Virus record (IMG/VR): IMGVR_UViG_3300042934_000861
Location: 1-64,000 of that record
From: a virus
Length of the DNA stretch: 64,000 nt
Direction: 5' to 3' (one strand)
Shown here: one piece after another, positions 28,092 to 37,576 of the stretch
Layout of the letters: every line of letters begins with the position of its first letter
Position numbering within the stretch: position 1 is the stretch's first letter
Notes under the pieces: model-generated
Databases searched by the model: none
What the model saw: only the letters and a program-made list of their open reading frames with translations
What the model was told of the DNA's origin: nothing
Made by a program: the position numbers and the translations under genes

Positions 28092-29765
28092 ATGCTTCTT
28101 GAAAATAAAGTGATTCATCTTTGTTGTGGTCTTGGCGCTGCAGCATATGGAATGCAGAAGTCAAAAGGGGAATACAAAGGTTCGGTAGGTAAGTTCAGGA
28201 CATTAGTTGGAATCGACGTGGACCCGCTGGCTGTTCAAGACTTCCGAAGATTAACAGGTGCTCCGGCAGTACAAATGGATTTATTCAGTCGAAGGGATTA
28301 TATCGACTTTCACGGGCATGTTCCTCCAGAAGGTTGGCGAGAAGTGGTACCTGAAGATATTTTTGAGGCTGCTGGCAGGGAGTATCCCAACACAGGTTTT
28401 ATATCCGCACCGTGCCAGGGGCTTTCGGCGTTATTGTCAATACAGGCAGCTTTGAGTAAAAAGTACCAAGCGCTAAATAATCTATCTATTCGATGTGTTC
28501 AATTAGCCCTTGAAGCATTTGAGTTTGATCCGATTGATATATTTCTGTTTGAGAACGTTCCGGGAATCCGAACCAGGGGCAAAAAACTACTTGAAGAAAT
28601 ACGACGGTTGTTTAAGTACCACGGATATTTAACTGCTGACAAGAAGGATGAAATCTACAATTGTGGAGAGTTGGGTGGTCTTGGCCAAAACAGAAATCGA
28701 TATTTATTCATGACACGCCATCCTAAAAAGGTACCAGCATTTGTTTATAAGCCGCCTAAATTACCATTAAAAACAATAGGGGATGTTATCGGTTCATTGC
28801 CTTCCCCAAATGACCCAGCAGGTGGTCCTATGCATCAACTGCCGAAACTGCAATGGAAAACATGGGTTAGGTTGGCTTTAATAAAAGCCGGTGGTGATTG
28901 GCGGGATTTAAGAGACATTAAGCCAGAACAATACCGGATTATGCATGTTCCGCGTAATAGCTCCTTCGGTGTAATGGACTGGAATAAGCCGAGTTCGACT
29001 ATTACTGGAAACGTTAGAACGGGTGGAAGTACATCAGCAGCTATCTCTGATCCGTGTATGTCTCTTTCTCGCGAGAATACGCATAAAGCTATTTATAAAG
29101 TCAGTCGATATGAGGAACCAGCCAATACCGTAACTGGAGCGCATGGACCAAACAACGGTGCAATAGTTATCCCTGACCCAATGCTAAAGTCATGCAAAGG
29201 GAAGCATCCTTCCGTATATAAGATTTGTCGAATCGATGAAACAAGCCCGTGTGTTACTGGTACAAAGTTTGGAAGCGGAGCGTTAGCAATAAGCGATCCG
29301 AGTCTTGGGTGCAAACCAAGGAATGGTACGTTAGGTGTTCAGGCTTGGAATGAGCCTGCAAAAACAGTGATTGCATCAAATGACATTCACGCAGGCACGT
29401 CTGCAGTGGCAGACCCACATATTCCGGCAGACGCTGAATCTGGAGTATATGTAATTATCGCAGAAGATGGATCGTGGCACCGGCCTTTGACTACGTTAGA
29501 ATTAGCAGCATTACAAACAATCCCGTTATTTATGCCAGACGGAAGCCCCCTAGTGCTTGCTGGTAAATCAGATGCCCGTTGGAGAAAAGCGATAGGCAAT
29601 GCAGTTCCTCCGGATGCAGCCGAGGCAATGGGAAATCAGGTTCTGGTTGCATGGATGGCAGGGAAGCTAGGCTGGGAATGGCAATTATCAAATCAAGAAA
29701 TATGGGTAAAACCGAAAATTAAAGATGAATGGATAGATGAAAGTATAGGGGGTGCGCTGCAATGA
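28092..29765 (+). CDS. C5-cytosine DNA methyltransferase
   Basis: HLCCGLG (motif I), SAPCQG (IV), ENVP (VI), QNRNR (VIII), ELAALQ, IGNAVPP (X). Confidence 0.92.
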   Translation: MLLENKVIHLCCGLGAAAYGMQKSKGEYKGSVGKFRTLVGIDVDPLAVQDFRRLTGAPAVQMDLFSRRDYIDFHGHVPPEGWREVVPEDIFEAAGREYPNTGFISAPCQGLSALLSIQAALSKKYQALNNLSIRCVQLALEAFEFDPIDIFLFENVPGIRTRGKKLLEEIRRLFKYHGYLTADKKDEIYNCGELGGLGQNRNRYLFMTRHPKKVPAFVYKPPKLPLKTIGDVIGSLPSPNDPAGGPMHQLPKLQWKTWVRLALIKAGGDWRDLRDIKPEQYRIMHVPRNSSFGVMDWNKPSSTITGNVRTGGSTSAAISDPCMSLSRENTHKAIYKVSRYEEPANTVTGAHGPNNGAIVIPDPMLKSCKGKHPSVYKICRIDETSPCVTGTKFGSGALAISDPSLGCKPRNGTLGVQAWNEPAKTVIASNDIHAGTSAVADPHIPADAESGVYVIIAEDGSWHRPLTTLELAALQTIPLFMPDGSPLVLAGKSDARWRKAIGNAVPPDAAEAMGNQVLVAWMAGKLGWEWQLSNQEIWVKPKIKDEWIDESIGGALQ

Positions 29766-30028
29766 CGGATGAAGACAAAGAACTTAACCGCGAATTGCGA
29801 AAGCTTCAACGAAAGGCAAAGCGCCTTATTCTTAGTGATTTTTACGACAGTGTAAAGCTGTCAGATTTGCAATATGAAGTGTTGCGGAAGTTAACTAATG
29901 CAGATACCCATAAAGACATTAACACTTACCTTTGGAACAGCGGCACAATTCAACTGGTGTTAAAACAGATTGAAGAACAGGTCAATGAAATGAAAAAGGC
30001 GGCTAGGAGGGATAACCCATATGACTAA
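29762..30028 (+). CDS. Hypothetical protein
   Basis: Coupled ORF. Confidence 0.6.
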   Translation: MTDEDKELNRELRKLQRKAKRLILSDFYDSVKLSDLQYEVLRKLTNADTHKDINTYLWNSGTIQLVLKQIEEQVNEMKKAARRDNPYD

Positions 30029-30371
30029 CGACCTAATAAGCCAGATAGAGCAAGGTAAATATGCGTTAGTTCGGTCGCTGGCTGATGGATTAATTTGTGA
30101 GGCATGGGATGAACAAGAAAAACTATTACACTTAGCCAAGTTAGGCCAGCAAAGGGACTGGATACCGGTAACGCCTGAGACTATGCCGGAGCCTGGAGAA
30201 AAGGTTCTTATTTTACACATGGGTATAGTATGTGAGGCAATTAACTCGCTGTATGAAGATCATAAAAGCTTTTATGTTGAACTAACGGATGAAATTGTGC
30301 CTTATGAAAAAATATCGCTCTGGATGAAAAGACCGCCGATACCTGCACTACCGGAGCAAGGGGAGAGGTAA
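30021..30371 (+). CDS. DUF551-like protein
   Basis: WIPVT..MPEPGEKVL...ISLWM..P..P. Confidence 0.65.
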   Translation: MTNDLISQIEQGKYALVRSLADGLICEAWDEQEKLLHLAKLGQQRDWIPVTPETMPEPGEKVLILHMGIVCEAINSLYEDHKSFYVELTDEIVPYEKISLWMKRPPIPALPEQGER

Positions 30372-30374
30372 GGG

Positions 30375-30653
30375 ATGAACAGAGTGACTCACGTATGTTT
30401 ATCAGTCCGTGGTGCGCTAAACTGGTCAAAGTCCGAAATGAGACGAATGGCATCGAGCATCACGGTAGATGGTAAACAGCTAAAATCAGCCGAGGAAGTG
30501 CGGAGCTTCCTTCTGGACGAATTGGCGCAAGGCCATGAAATGATTCCGATTGGAAAACAGGGTGTAGAGGGCATGAAATGGCGGGGGAGCGTGCGAAATG
30601 AAAGCTCTAACAATCTTGCAGCCGTGGGCAAGCCTTATTGCCTGCGGTGCTAA
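30375..30653 (+). CDS. Hypothetical protein, possibly 3'-truncated
   Basis: Plausible to GHEMIPIG then runs 56 nt into ASCH gene. Confidence 0.5.
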   Translation: MNRVTHVCLSVRGALNWSKSEMRRMASSITVDGKQLKSAEEVRSFLLDELAQGHEMIPIGKQGVEGMKWRGSVRNESSNNLAAVGKPYCLRC

Positions 30654-31050
30654 GAAGATAGAAACGCGGTCCTGGCCTACCAAGTATCGGGGGCCGATTG
30701 CAATTCATGCGGCTAAGAAAAATCCTTGTAGGCTACCGCTTCTGGGAATGGAAAAGTTTGAGAAAGTGGCGAAAGAGGCCTTGGAAAAGGCGGGATTGAC
30801 ATGGTGTTTTCTTCCTACGGGGTGTGTAATCGCCATAGCTGAGCTTGTGGACTGCAGACCAGCAGAAAGTTATGTTTTTGGAGGAACATTACGAGATATC
30901 TCTGAGAATGAAATTATATTCGGTGACTATACTCCCGGCAGATACGCTTGGATACTGGAAAACATTCGCCCGATAGAGCCAGTGCCAGCCAAGGGCCAGC
31001 AAAGGCTCTGGGAGTGGCCAGTAGAAAAATGGAGGGATGATAATGGTTAA
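30598..31050 (+). CDS. ASCH domain protein
   Basis: MKALTILQPWASLI..GAKKIETRSW...IAIHA...KGQQRLW. Confidence 0.93.
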   Translation: MKALTILQPWASLIACGAKKIETRSWPTKYRGPIAIHAAKKNPCRLPLLGMEKFEKVAKEALEKAGLTWCFLPTGCVIAIAELVDCRPAESYVFGGTLRDISENEIIFGDYTPGRYAWILENIRPIEPVPAKGQQRLWEWPVEKWRDDNG

Positions 31051-31285
31051 AGCTATATTAGCGCTTGCAAGTAGTTTTTGCGGCCCATATTCTACCCTGG
31101 ATTCATTACAATTTACGGCGGCGATGCTTGCTCCAGCAATTAAAGAAGCATCTAAGCCAAATCAACCAGGCGTTGTCCGTTGTGCAACGTGCAATGCCCG
31201 GGGCGTTACGCTAAAGAAGGTTGCAACGAATAAATATCTCTGCAAGAAATGTTTGCCTAAGTGGTATGAGGAAGCTTATGAGTAA
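31043..31285 (+). CDS. Small zinc-finger protein
   Basis: CATC...CKKC. Confidence 0.55.
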   Translation: MVKAILALASSFCGPYSTLDSLQFTAAMLAPAIKEASKPNQPGVVRCATCNARGVTLKKVATNKYLCKKCLPKWYEEAYE

Positions 31286-31604
31286 TAAAAAGATTTATTT
31301 CCGTTTAAATCTCAAATGCGGACATAAATTGGGAAATTATTTCTCTAATGTATTACGAGAAATGAGTGATGTGAAAAACCATTGGAAGATGACTTGGAAA
31401 CAGGATTTGTTAAATGCAGCAAATTACATTGATAGCCAGGAACGCTATGTAGTTTTAGGGAAAATATTTCAGGCTGATTTAGACCGGTGCGCAAAATGGA
31501 TGAGAGAGAGTTTTGATGATACATGGACTTGCGGAGATAACAGCTGTTCCGGTCATAAGTATTGTAAGGCCTATAAATCGGAATTTGAGGAGGGAGGGGA
31601 TTAA
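31278..31604 (+). CDS. Hypothetical protein
   Basis: Coupled ORF. Confidence 0.6.
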   Translation: MSNKKIYFRLNLKCGHKLGNYFSNVLREMSDVKNHWKMTWKQDLLNAANYIDSQERYVVLGKIFQADLDRCAKWMRESFDDTWTCGDNSCSGHKYCKAYKSEFEEGGD

Positions 31605-32116
31605 TGGCCGGTAAGCTATACGGCGCTGCAAGTGATTATGAAAAAAAGCTGAAGCGTGTTATGGAACGCTTGCAAGTAACAGAATATGACTGGAACTATG
31701 ATCGTCATGGTGGACATGTAGATGTAATCTACAAAGGAGAGAAATACCGTTTTGAACATACGTTGACTAAGGCTGCGGAGAAGGGGCAGAAGCTCAACTT
31801 TGGTAGTGATGCATTTGCTCAGGTAGTGCTGGCTTTGGAGTCTTTAGCAAGGCTTAGTGAGCGCGGAATATACGATTTTGGTCAGTTATCTCAGGGTTTT
31901 AAGATGCTGCCGGCTGCAATGGTTATTCCGGATTTTTTCAAAACATTGGGGTTTGAGCGGATTCCGAGATTAGAAGAGTGCAAAAATCAATTTAAAGAGC
32001 TCATAAAAACCGCGCATCCTGATGTTGGCGGTAGTGCAGAGAATTTTAATAAGCTGACTGAGGCAAAAAGGTTGGCTGAAGATTATTTTAAGGGGGAAAA
32101 GAATGAATTCAGTTAA
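31604..32116 (+). CDS. C-terminal J-domain protein
   Basis: FKTLG...KTAHPDVGGSAENFNKLTEA. Confidence 0.85.
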   Translation: MAGKLYGAASDYEKKLKRVMERLQVTEYDWNYDRHGGHVDVIYKGEKYRFEHTLTKAAEKGQKLNFGSDAFAQVVLALESLARLSERGIYDFGQLSQGFKMLPAAMVIPDFFKTLGFERIPRLEECKNQFKELIKTAHPDVGGSAENFNKLTEAKRLAEDYFKGEKNEFS

Positions 32117-32516
32117 ACTTATAGGGCGTTTAGCGCAAGATCCTGAAGTGAGATATACCAAAACAGGTAAGGCAGTATGTTCATTTACCGTAGCAGTCTC
32201 TCGTAGTTTTGGAGCGCCTGGACAAGAACAACGGGAATCAACGGATTTTATCCCTGTTGTGGCATGGGGAAATTTAGCTGAGCATTGTGGCAATAACCTA
32301 GCTAAAGGACATAGGGTATTCGTAGAAGGGCGGCTGCAGGTGCGTTCGTATGAAACTACGGATGGGCAAAAGCGAAGAGTAACTGAGATAGTTGCAAACT
32401 TCGTAGCACAAAGTATGGAGTCGACCAGTAATGGTGGTGGATCATCGAACTCCAACAAGCCAGTTGATTTTGGCCAATTCGGGCGTGATGTGATCGACGA
32501 AGAAATCCCGTTTTAG
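32103..32516 (+). CDS. ssb: Single-stranded DNA-binding protein
   Basis: MNSVKLIGRL..DPEVRYT, VEGRLQVRSY, acidic DEEIPF tail. Confidence 0.96.
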   Translation: MNSVKLIGRLAQDPEVRYTKTGKAVCSFTVAVSRSFGAPGQEQRESTDFIPVVAWGNLAEHCGNNLAKGHRVFVEGRLQVRSYETTDGQKRRVTEIVANFVAQSMESTSNGGGSSNSNKPVDFGQFGRDVIDEEIPF

Positions 32517-32520
32517 GAGG

Positions 32521-32796
32521 ATGGCAATGGAAGAGAAAACAGTTCCAAGTCAGCATGCTCAGGCAGTGATTGAGAAAGCTATTTTGATTATGTATGGCCC
32601 GGGAGAAAGTCACGGATTATACGATATGGCTGAAAAGATACTAGGTGAAATGGGCGAGAAGTACAAACATAGTTTAACAAATGGATTATTTCGCCGTGGG
32701 TATCTGCAGCGTGATTATGCCGGTCAAAAAGTTAAGTTATCTTCAAGAGGGGAAAGGGCTTTAGCAATGATGGATAAGGTACACGCCGGGGAGTAG
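32521..32796 (+). CDS. Winged-helix hypothetical protein
   Basis: LFRRGYL...KLSSRGERAL. Confidence 0.6.
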   Translation: MAMEEKTVPSQHAQAVIEKAILIMYGPGESHGLYDMAEKILGEMGEKYKHSLTNGLFRRGYLQRDYAGQKVKLSSRGERALAMMDKVHAGE

Positions 32797-32900
32797 TTTG
32801 TAAGTGTTGGTGGGGATGGTATTCAAGGAAGTTCCATCCCCTTATGATTGCTAAATTAAACAATTTAATTGCTGTAATAAGCAACGATGGAGGTGTGACA

Positions 32901-33587
32901 GTGAATAATGATATAACGGTTGAACACCTGGTAAATGAAAACATTAGACTTCCTGCATATATAGTTGAAAAATACTGCTATATGCATCTTAGTTACTGTG
33001 AGTTTGAAGAGCTAGTCTCCGTAGGGAATATTGGATTGGTTAAAGCTGCAAAGCACTTTGACGTTTCAAAAGGTTTTAAGTTTAGTACATATGCGTGTTC
33101 AGCAATACGCGGAGAGATTAGGAGGTTCTTGAGAGATTCAACAGACTCGTTAACATTCTCAAGGCCTACAAAAGAGCTTTATAATGTTATTCAAAAAAAC
33201 GGAATAGGTAATCTGGATGCTAATGAAATAGCTGGCAAAATGAAAGTGCCGGTAGAAAAAGTTAAAAAAGCTTTGGAATATGCAAAGTATCGCTATACAT
33301 CATCTTTGAATGAAGTTGTTTATAGTAGCGGTGAGAGTATGCCGCTTACGTTAGGAGATTGTATTAAATCAGATGAAGATTTTGACTCACCATTATTACA
33401 TTGCGATATAATGGCGCTTTTAAATGAACTTCAAAGAGCTGTTTTTGTTGGGTTGTATGAAAAACAAATGAAAAGACAAGATTTAGCTAAAGTGCTCGGC
33501 TTGAATTGGCGCGTATATGAAAAAATTGTGCAACAGGTAAATGATAAATTAAAAGATTATTTTAGCCAAGACAGGCTTATTTCCTGA
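32901..33587 (+). CDS. RNA polymerase sigma factor, sigmaF/G/B-like
   Basis: ENIRL, ELVSVGNIGLVKAAKHFD..KGFKFSTYA...IRGEIRRFLRD. Confidence 0.9.
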   Translation: MNNDITVEHLVNENIRLPAYIVEKYCYMHLSYCEFEELVSVGNIGLVKAAKHFDVSKGFKFSTYACSAIRGEIRRFLRDSTDSLTFSRPTKELYNVIQKNGIGNLDANEIAGKMKVPVEKVKKALEYAKYRYTSSLNEVVYSSGESMPLTLGDCIKSDEDFDSPLLHCDIMALLNELQRAVFVGLYEKQMKRQDLAKVLGLNWRVYEKIVQQVNDKLKDYFSQDRLIS

Positions 33588-33607
33588 GTTGTGAGGTGAT
33601 TGTATAG

Positions 33608-34078
33608 GTGCTGCGTTTAACAGCGGCAGAAGCAAGAAAACTCGGTCTGATCGTAAATAAAAAAACTGGCCGCGCTAAGAAAAAAAGCACACGGCCAGAA
33701 TCAATAGTTAGATTAGAACCTGGTAAGCTCACTATCGTTATCTATGATGTGCCTCCGAGTTTAAATGTTTGGGATAAGTGGCACTACATGAAAAAAGCTG
33801 AGGTTAAGAAGCAGTGGGAAGAGTTGATAGGGGCCCTGCTGTCCGGTAAAAAAAGAATTAAAAGAGCGTTTGATAAGCCGATTGTACGGATAACGTTTTA
33901 TTACAATATTGATCGGGACCGGGACAAGGATAACATGGCTCCTAAGTGGATCATGGACGGACTGGTAAAGGCTGGCGTACTTAAAGATGATAACAGTAAA
34001 GAAGTGGATTTGGACTGGTGCGTGGATCCTGGTATATGGGAATGGTGTAGGACTGAAATTGTTGTTTGGGAGGGGTAG
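33608..34078 (+). CDS. RusA-like Holliday junction resolvase
   Basis: PPSLN...RDKDN...KWIMDGL..AGVLKDD. Confidence 0.85.
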   Translation: MLRLTAAEARKLGLIVNKKTGRAKKKSTRPESIVRLEPGKLTIVIYDVPPSLNVWDKWHYMKKAEVKKQWEELIGALLSGKKRIKRAFDKPIVRITFYYNIDRDRDKDNMAPKWIMDGLVKAGVLKDDNSKEVDLDWCVDPGIWEWCRTEIVVWEG

Positions 34079-34083
34079 AATTA

Positions 34084-35007
34084 ATGCCAAAAATAGATGA
34101 TGTGTCCGGGCTCATCCGGGCGGTAGGAAACAGGGATTTTGATAAAGCCAAACAGTATGTGGAGGTTATGATCGCTAATGAGCGTAAGGGTGGAAGGGTT
34201 GGAGCAGCTACGCAACTGGAACACTCCCTTAGATCATGGGGAGATAATAACTCCAAGTTAATAGAACTGCCCCATAATATTAAATCGTCGCTATACCAAC
34301 CGGCGGTAATTAAGGATATTTCCGAAGTGTGTATTGTAGATTCAGTTTTCCGGGCAGTGGATTCATTTCTTCATGAACGGAAAAACAGTGAAATATTGAA
34401 AAATGCAGGATTATCGCCGCAAAACAGAATAATGCTTGCTGGTCCTCCTGGTAATGGTAAGACAACGTTAGCTGGAGCAATTGGAAAAGAATTAAACTTA
34501 CCGTTTTATATACTAAAACTGTCGGAAGTCGTTAACTCGTATATGGGATCTACAAGTAAAAAGATAAGTGAGATATTTGATTATGCGTTAACAAACAGAT
34601 GCGTCATATTGGTTGATGAAATAGATGCAATTGGGGGAACAAGGGACGGGAAAGAAGGGAGTGCGGGGCGCGAATATAACTTGATTGTGAATACCCTGCT
34701 TACTAATCTTGATAGATTGCCGGATACGTCGGTAGTAATTGGCGCTACAAACATGCCGGAATCTATAGATAGTGCATTGCTCCGTAGATTTAACATAAAG
34801 CTGTGGCTAGATAATCCGACTTTCGAGGCAATTGATGAGTATTTAACCGCATTCATGGATTCTCACGCGATTTGTTTTGAATATGATGCGCAGGCACTTG
34901 TTGGACAACCTTGGTCGAGAATTGAAGAGTATTGCTTTCAACAACATAGGAGTGTTTTGCTCGGCTCTGCTGCTTTTGGCGGTGAGGCTTGGATTGGGAG
35001 GGCGTAA
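34084..35007 (+). CDS. AAA+ ATPase (IetA-like N-terminus), no partner protease
   Basis: GPPGNGKT, LVDEIDAIG, GATN...IDSALLRRF; helical N-terminus LIRA...IANER. Confidence 0.88.
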   Translation: MPKIDDVSGLIRAVGNRDFDKAKQYVEVMIANERKGGRVGAATQLEHSLRSWGDNNSKLIELPHNIKSSLYQPAVIKDISEVCIVDSVFRAVDSFLHERKNSEILKNAGLSPQNRIMLAGPPGNGKTTLAGAIGKELNLPFYILKLSEVVNSYMGSTSKKISEIFDYALTNRCVILVDEIDAIGGTRDGKEGSAGREYNLIVNTLLTNLDRLPDTSVVIGATNMPESIDSALLRRFNIKLWLDNPTFEAIDEYLTAFMDSHAICFEYDAQALVGQPWSRIEEYCFQQHRSVLLGSAAFGGEAWIGRA

Positions 35008-35759
35008 TGGGAAGATATCACGATGAGATTGCTGCAGACTTAGCTCAGTCTGTGGGGCCTACTCCCTTTCTAGGAGTGCCACTCGGTAGTGTATGGCTGG
35101 GGCAGTTAAGCAATAACACATCGCCCGGGCTGGCTGATGTGATAACTATTAAGCCATCGTACACGCGCTTTTGCCTCTCCATCTATGAGGTCAAGGTATC
35201 GCGAGCGGACTTCCTTGGCGATATCCGGAGCGAGAAGTGGCAGCGGTATCTGCCTCATTGTCACCGGTTTTATTTTGCAACGTTGCCCGATGTGGCAAGA
35301 AAAGAGGATATTCCACCTGAAGCTGGCTGGGTGGTTAAGGGGCCTAACAGCTGGACTTATAGAAAAGCTGCACCTGCAAGGGCTGTAGATATACCGGAGC
35401 ATACCATGTTGTCGTTATTGTTCGCTAAGGAGCGTGATCCGCGGGGATTGCATCTCAAGAAGCTTCGTGATGCTGATTGGGAAGCCACGAACCGGGGAAG
35501 GTTTACCGATATTGGCAAGTTAGTTGGCAAAGAGGTTGCGAAAGCCTATGCTGACCGGCATGAGGTAAAAGATAAAATAATTAAATTGGATAACCAGATT
35601 TATGAAATGGACCAATATCTTGAGGCGATGAGGGAGGCTATACAGTTAGGCCTGGATATGCCGAAAAAGAAGTGGCTGTTTGTGTGGCATATTAAAGAGC
35701 GGCTGGAGCAGCTGAAGGCTGAGGCACTGAAATCAATCATTGACGGGGATGCATTATGA
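35007..35759 (+). CDS. MmcB-like PD-(D/E)XK nuclease
   Basis: ADV...IYEVKVSRADFLGD...KW..YL..CHRFYFA. Confidence 0.82.
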   Translation: MGRYHDEIAADLAQSVGPTPFLGVPLGSVWLGQLSNNTSPGLADVITIKPSYTRFCLSIYEVKVSRADFLGDIRSEKWQRYLPHCHRFYFATLPDVARKEDIPPEAGWVVKGPNSWTYRKAAPARAVDIPEHTMLSLLFAKERDPRGLHLKKLRDADWEATNRGRFTDIGKLVGKEVAKAYADRHEVKDKIIKLDNQIYEMDQYLEAMREAIQLGLDMPKKKWLFVWHIKERLEQLKAEALKSIIDGDAL

Positions 35760-36019
35760 ATGAATCAGTAAGAAGTGAATCGCCTCTTATAGCTATGATT
35801 GTTTCTACTAGTTTTCATCGCTGTTATGAATTTGTCTGTATCAATAAACTTAAACCGGCGAGTTTTAAAATAGCGTGCAGTGTCGATAAACTTAGAGGAA
35901 TATCAAAAAAAACGCCAATTATCTTTCTTTATTCTCCATTTAGACACACTGAACAATATTTCGAGTTAATGTACTTTGTCGTGGAGCGATTTAAGAGGGT
36001 TAGATTTATCGAATATTGA
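35756..36019 (+). CDS. Hypothetical protein
   Basis: ATGA-coupled ORF. Confidence 0.55.
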   Translation: MNESVRSESPLIAMIVSTSFHRCYEFVCINKLKPASFKIACSVDKLRGISKKTPIIFLYSPFRHTEQYFELMYFVVERFKRVRFIEY

Positions 36020-36034
36020 TGTTGGCGATATGGA

Positions 36035-36280
36035 GTGTGGAACGATATGTCAGAACGTTGCCCTTACTGCGGATCGCTAATGACGGCCCCGCATCTTAAA
36101 AATTGCAAGCTGGTAAAGAGTAATCATCTTATAAAAGATAAGCCGACTTCGGCCATGATTGAATTTGCAAAAGACTTAATTCAGCAATTGGGTTATGACC
36201 AGGAAAGCTATAAAGTCAATGATATGAGCTATATAGAGTGCGCAAAGCTGCTGGATGAATTAAAAGAAGAGAGGGGTTAG
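36035..36280 (+). CDS. Hypothetical protein with Zn motif
   Basis: CPYC...H...C. Confidence 0.6.
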   Translation: MWNDMSERCPYCGSLMTAPHLKNCKLVKSNHLIKDKPTSAMIEFAKDLIQQLGYDQESYKVNDMSYIECAKLLDELKEERG

Positions 36281-36284
36281 TAAT

Positions 36285-36947
36285 ATGGCTAAAAAACAAT
36301 GCCCGAACTGCGGGATAACGTGGTTAGAACTTTCGGTTCCGGTAGAAGGGCAAAAGACTTCTTGTATGTGCGAGAAGACGTTTGTTTTCAAAAATGGGAA
36401 TTGGTCTGAGGGATTTCCCTATTTTGAAGAGTATCAGCGACTTGCTGAACGAACTGCTAATAATGGGCAAGGTGCCATGCAAAGACTAGGAAATTTCGGT
36501 ATGGGGATAGCAGGAGAAACAGCGGAGTTTATTGACGCAGTGGTAAATTTTGAAACTTCAGGTGAGCAGCATGCAGCGCTAATAAAAGAGGCCGGTGATG
36601 TGAGTTGGTATTGCGCAACACTCTGTACGACGGCAGGGATTAGTTATCAGGTGGTTGTAGAGGCGGCAGAAGAAGCTGAACCGGCTCTATTGTATGTGTG
36701 TATCGGGAGATTGAGTAAAGCAGCTGGTGATGTTACGGAATATCTAAAAAAGGTTGTATATCACGGGCATGAACTGGATCAGGCAAAGTTAGGAAATCTC
36801 ATCGGTACTGTTTTGTCTTGGATGAAACTGTTTTGTAAGCGCTATAATCTCAATATGCAGGATATATGTGATACCAATATCGCTAAGTTGAAGCAGCGAT
36901 ATCCGGAAGGGTTTAATAGTGCCGGCAGCATTAATCGGATAGTTTAG
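36285..36947 (+). CDS. MazG-like NTP pyrophosphohydrolase (tandem domains, N-terminal Zn ribbon)
   Basis: EYQRLA.RT, GIAGETAE, KEAGDVSWY, NIAKLKQRYPEGF. Confidence 0.85.
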   Translation: MAKKQCPNCGITWLELSVPVEGQKTSCMCEKTFVFKNGNWSEGFPYFEEYQRLAERTANNGQGAMQRLGNFGMGIAGETAEFIDAVVNFETSGEQHAALIKEAGDVSWYCATLCTTAGISYQVVVEAAEEAEPALLYVCIGRLSKAAGDVTEYLKKVVYHGHELDQAKLGNLIGTVLSWMKLFCKRYNLNMQDICDTNIAKLKQRYPEGFNSAGSINRIV

Positions 36948-36948
36948 C

Positions 36949-37212
36949 ATGCAAGACAAAGAGGCTTTTGCGCGTGGATTGAAAGATATGATAGACGAGA
37001 CTATGTATGATATTTTGCTAGGGAAGGACCCGTTAGATCGGAGAAGGACACAAGATCGCATGTGGCAATGCGTCAATGGACATAAAGGGTATTGGGTGGA
37101 TGTTGGTTGGAATGCCGATAGTTCGTTAAAAACGAGCATGGCTGACTGGTATCCGGTGTGTCCGATATGTAAATGCAATATTGATATGGCAAAGTCGGCG
37201 CCAGGTGGGTGA
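36949..37212 (+). CDS. Hypothetical Zn-ribbon protein
   Basis: CVNGH...CPIC. Confidence 0.6.
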   Translation: MQDKEAFARGLKDMIDETMYDILLGKDPLDRRRTQDRMWQCVNGHKGYWVDVGWNADSSLKTSMADWYPVCPICKCNIDMAKSAPGG

Positions 37213-37222
37213 GGGGGATTTT

Positions 37223-37576
37223 ATGAAGCAGTGTGAGTTAAATGCAATCGAGCAACGGAACTTGTTTGTTAAAAAAGTAGGGGTAGGCAATCCTGAGCGT
37301 TTATCGCAAGTAGAAGGTAATCAGCATGCTGAAGTTCTAACTTTACTAATTCAATATCAATTACAAGCAGGAGTAGATACATTCAATCAAATCGTTCAGG
37401 ATAATGTAGCCCTTGTTAATGAGTGCTTTCGATTGCGCAATATATTGATAAAAATATCTGAAACTGAAAGTTGTGGTTGCCCTGGCCAGTGCAATTGCAA
37501 CCATTGGACTTATTTCGCCAAGCTAGCTAAGGATACATTAGGCGGTGATTTTTTTGAGCAAAGCGAGAGCTCTTGA
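37223..37576 (+). CDS. Hypothetical protein
   Basis: GAGGGGG RBS. Confidence 0.6.
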   Translation: MKQCELNAIEQRNLFVKKVGVGNPERLSQVEGNQHAEVLTLLIQYQLQAGVDTFNQIVQDNVALVNECFRLRNILIKISETESCGCPGQCNCNHWTYFAKLAKDTLGGDFFEQSESS

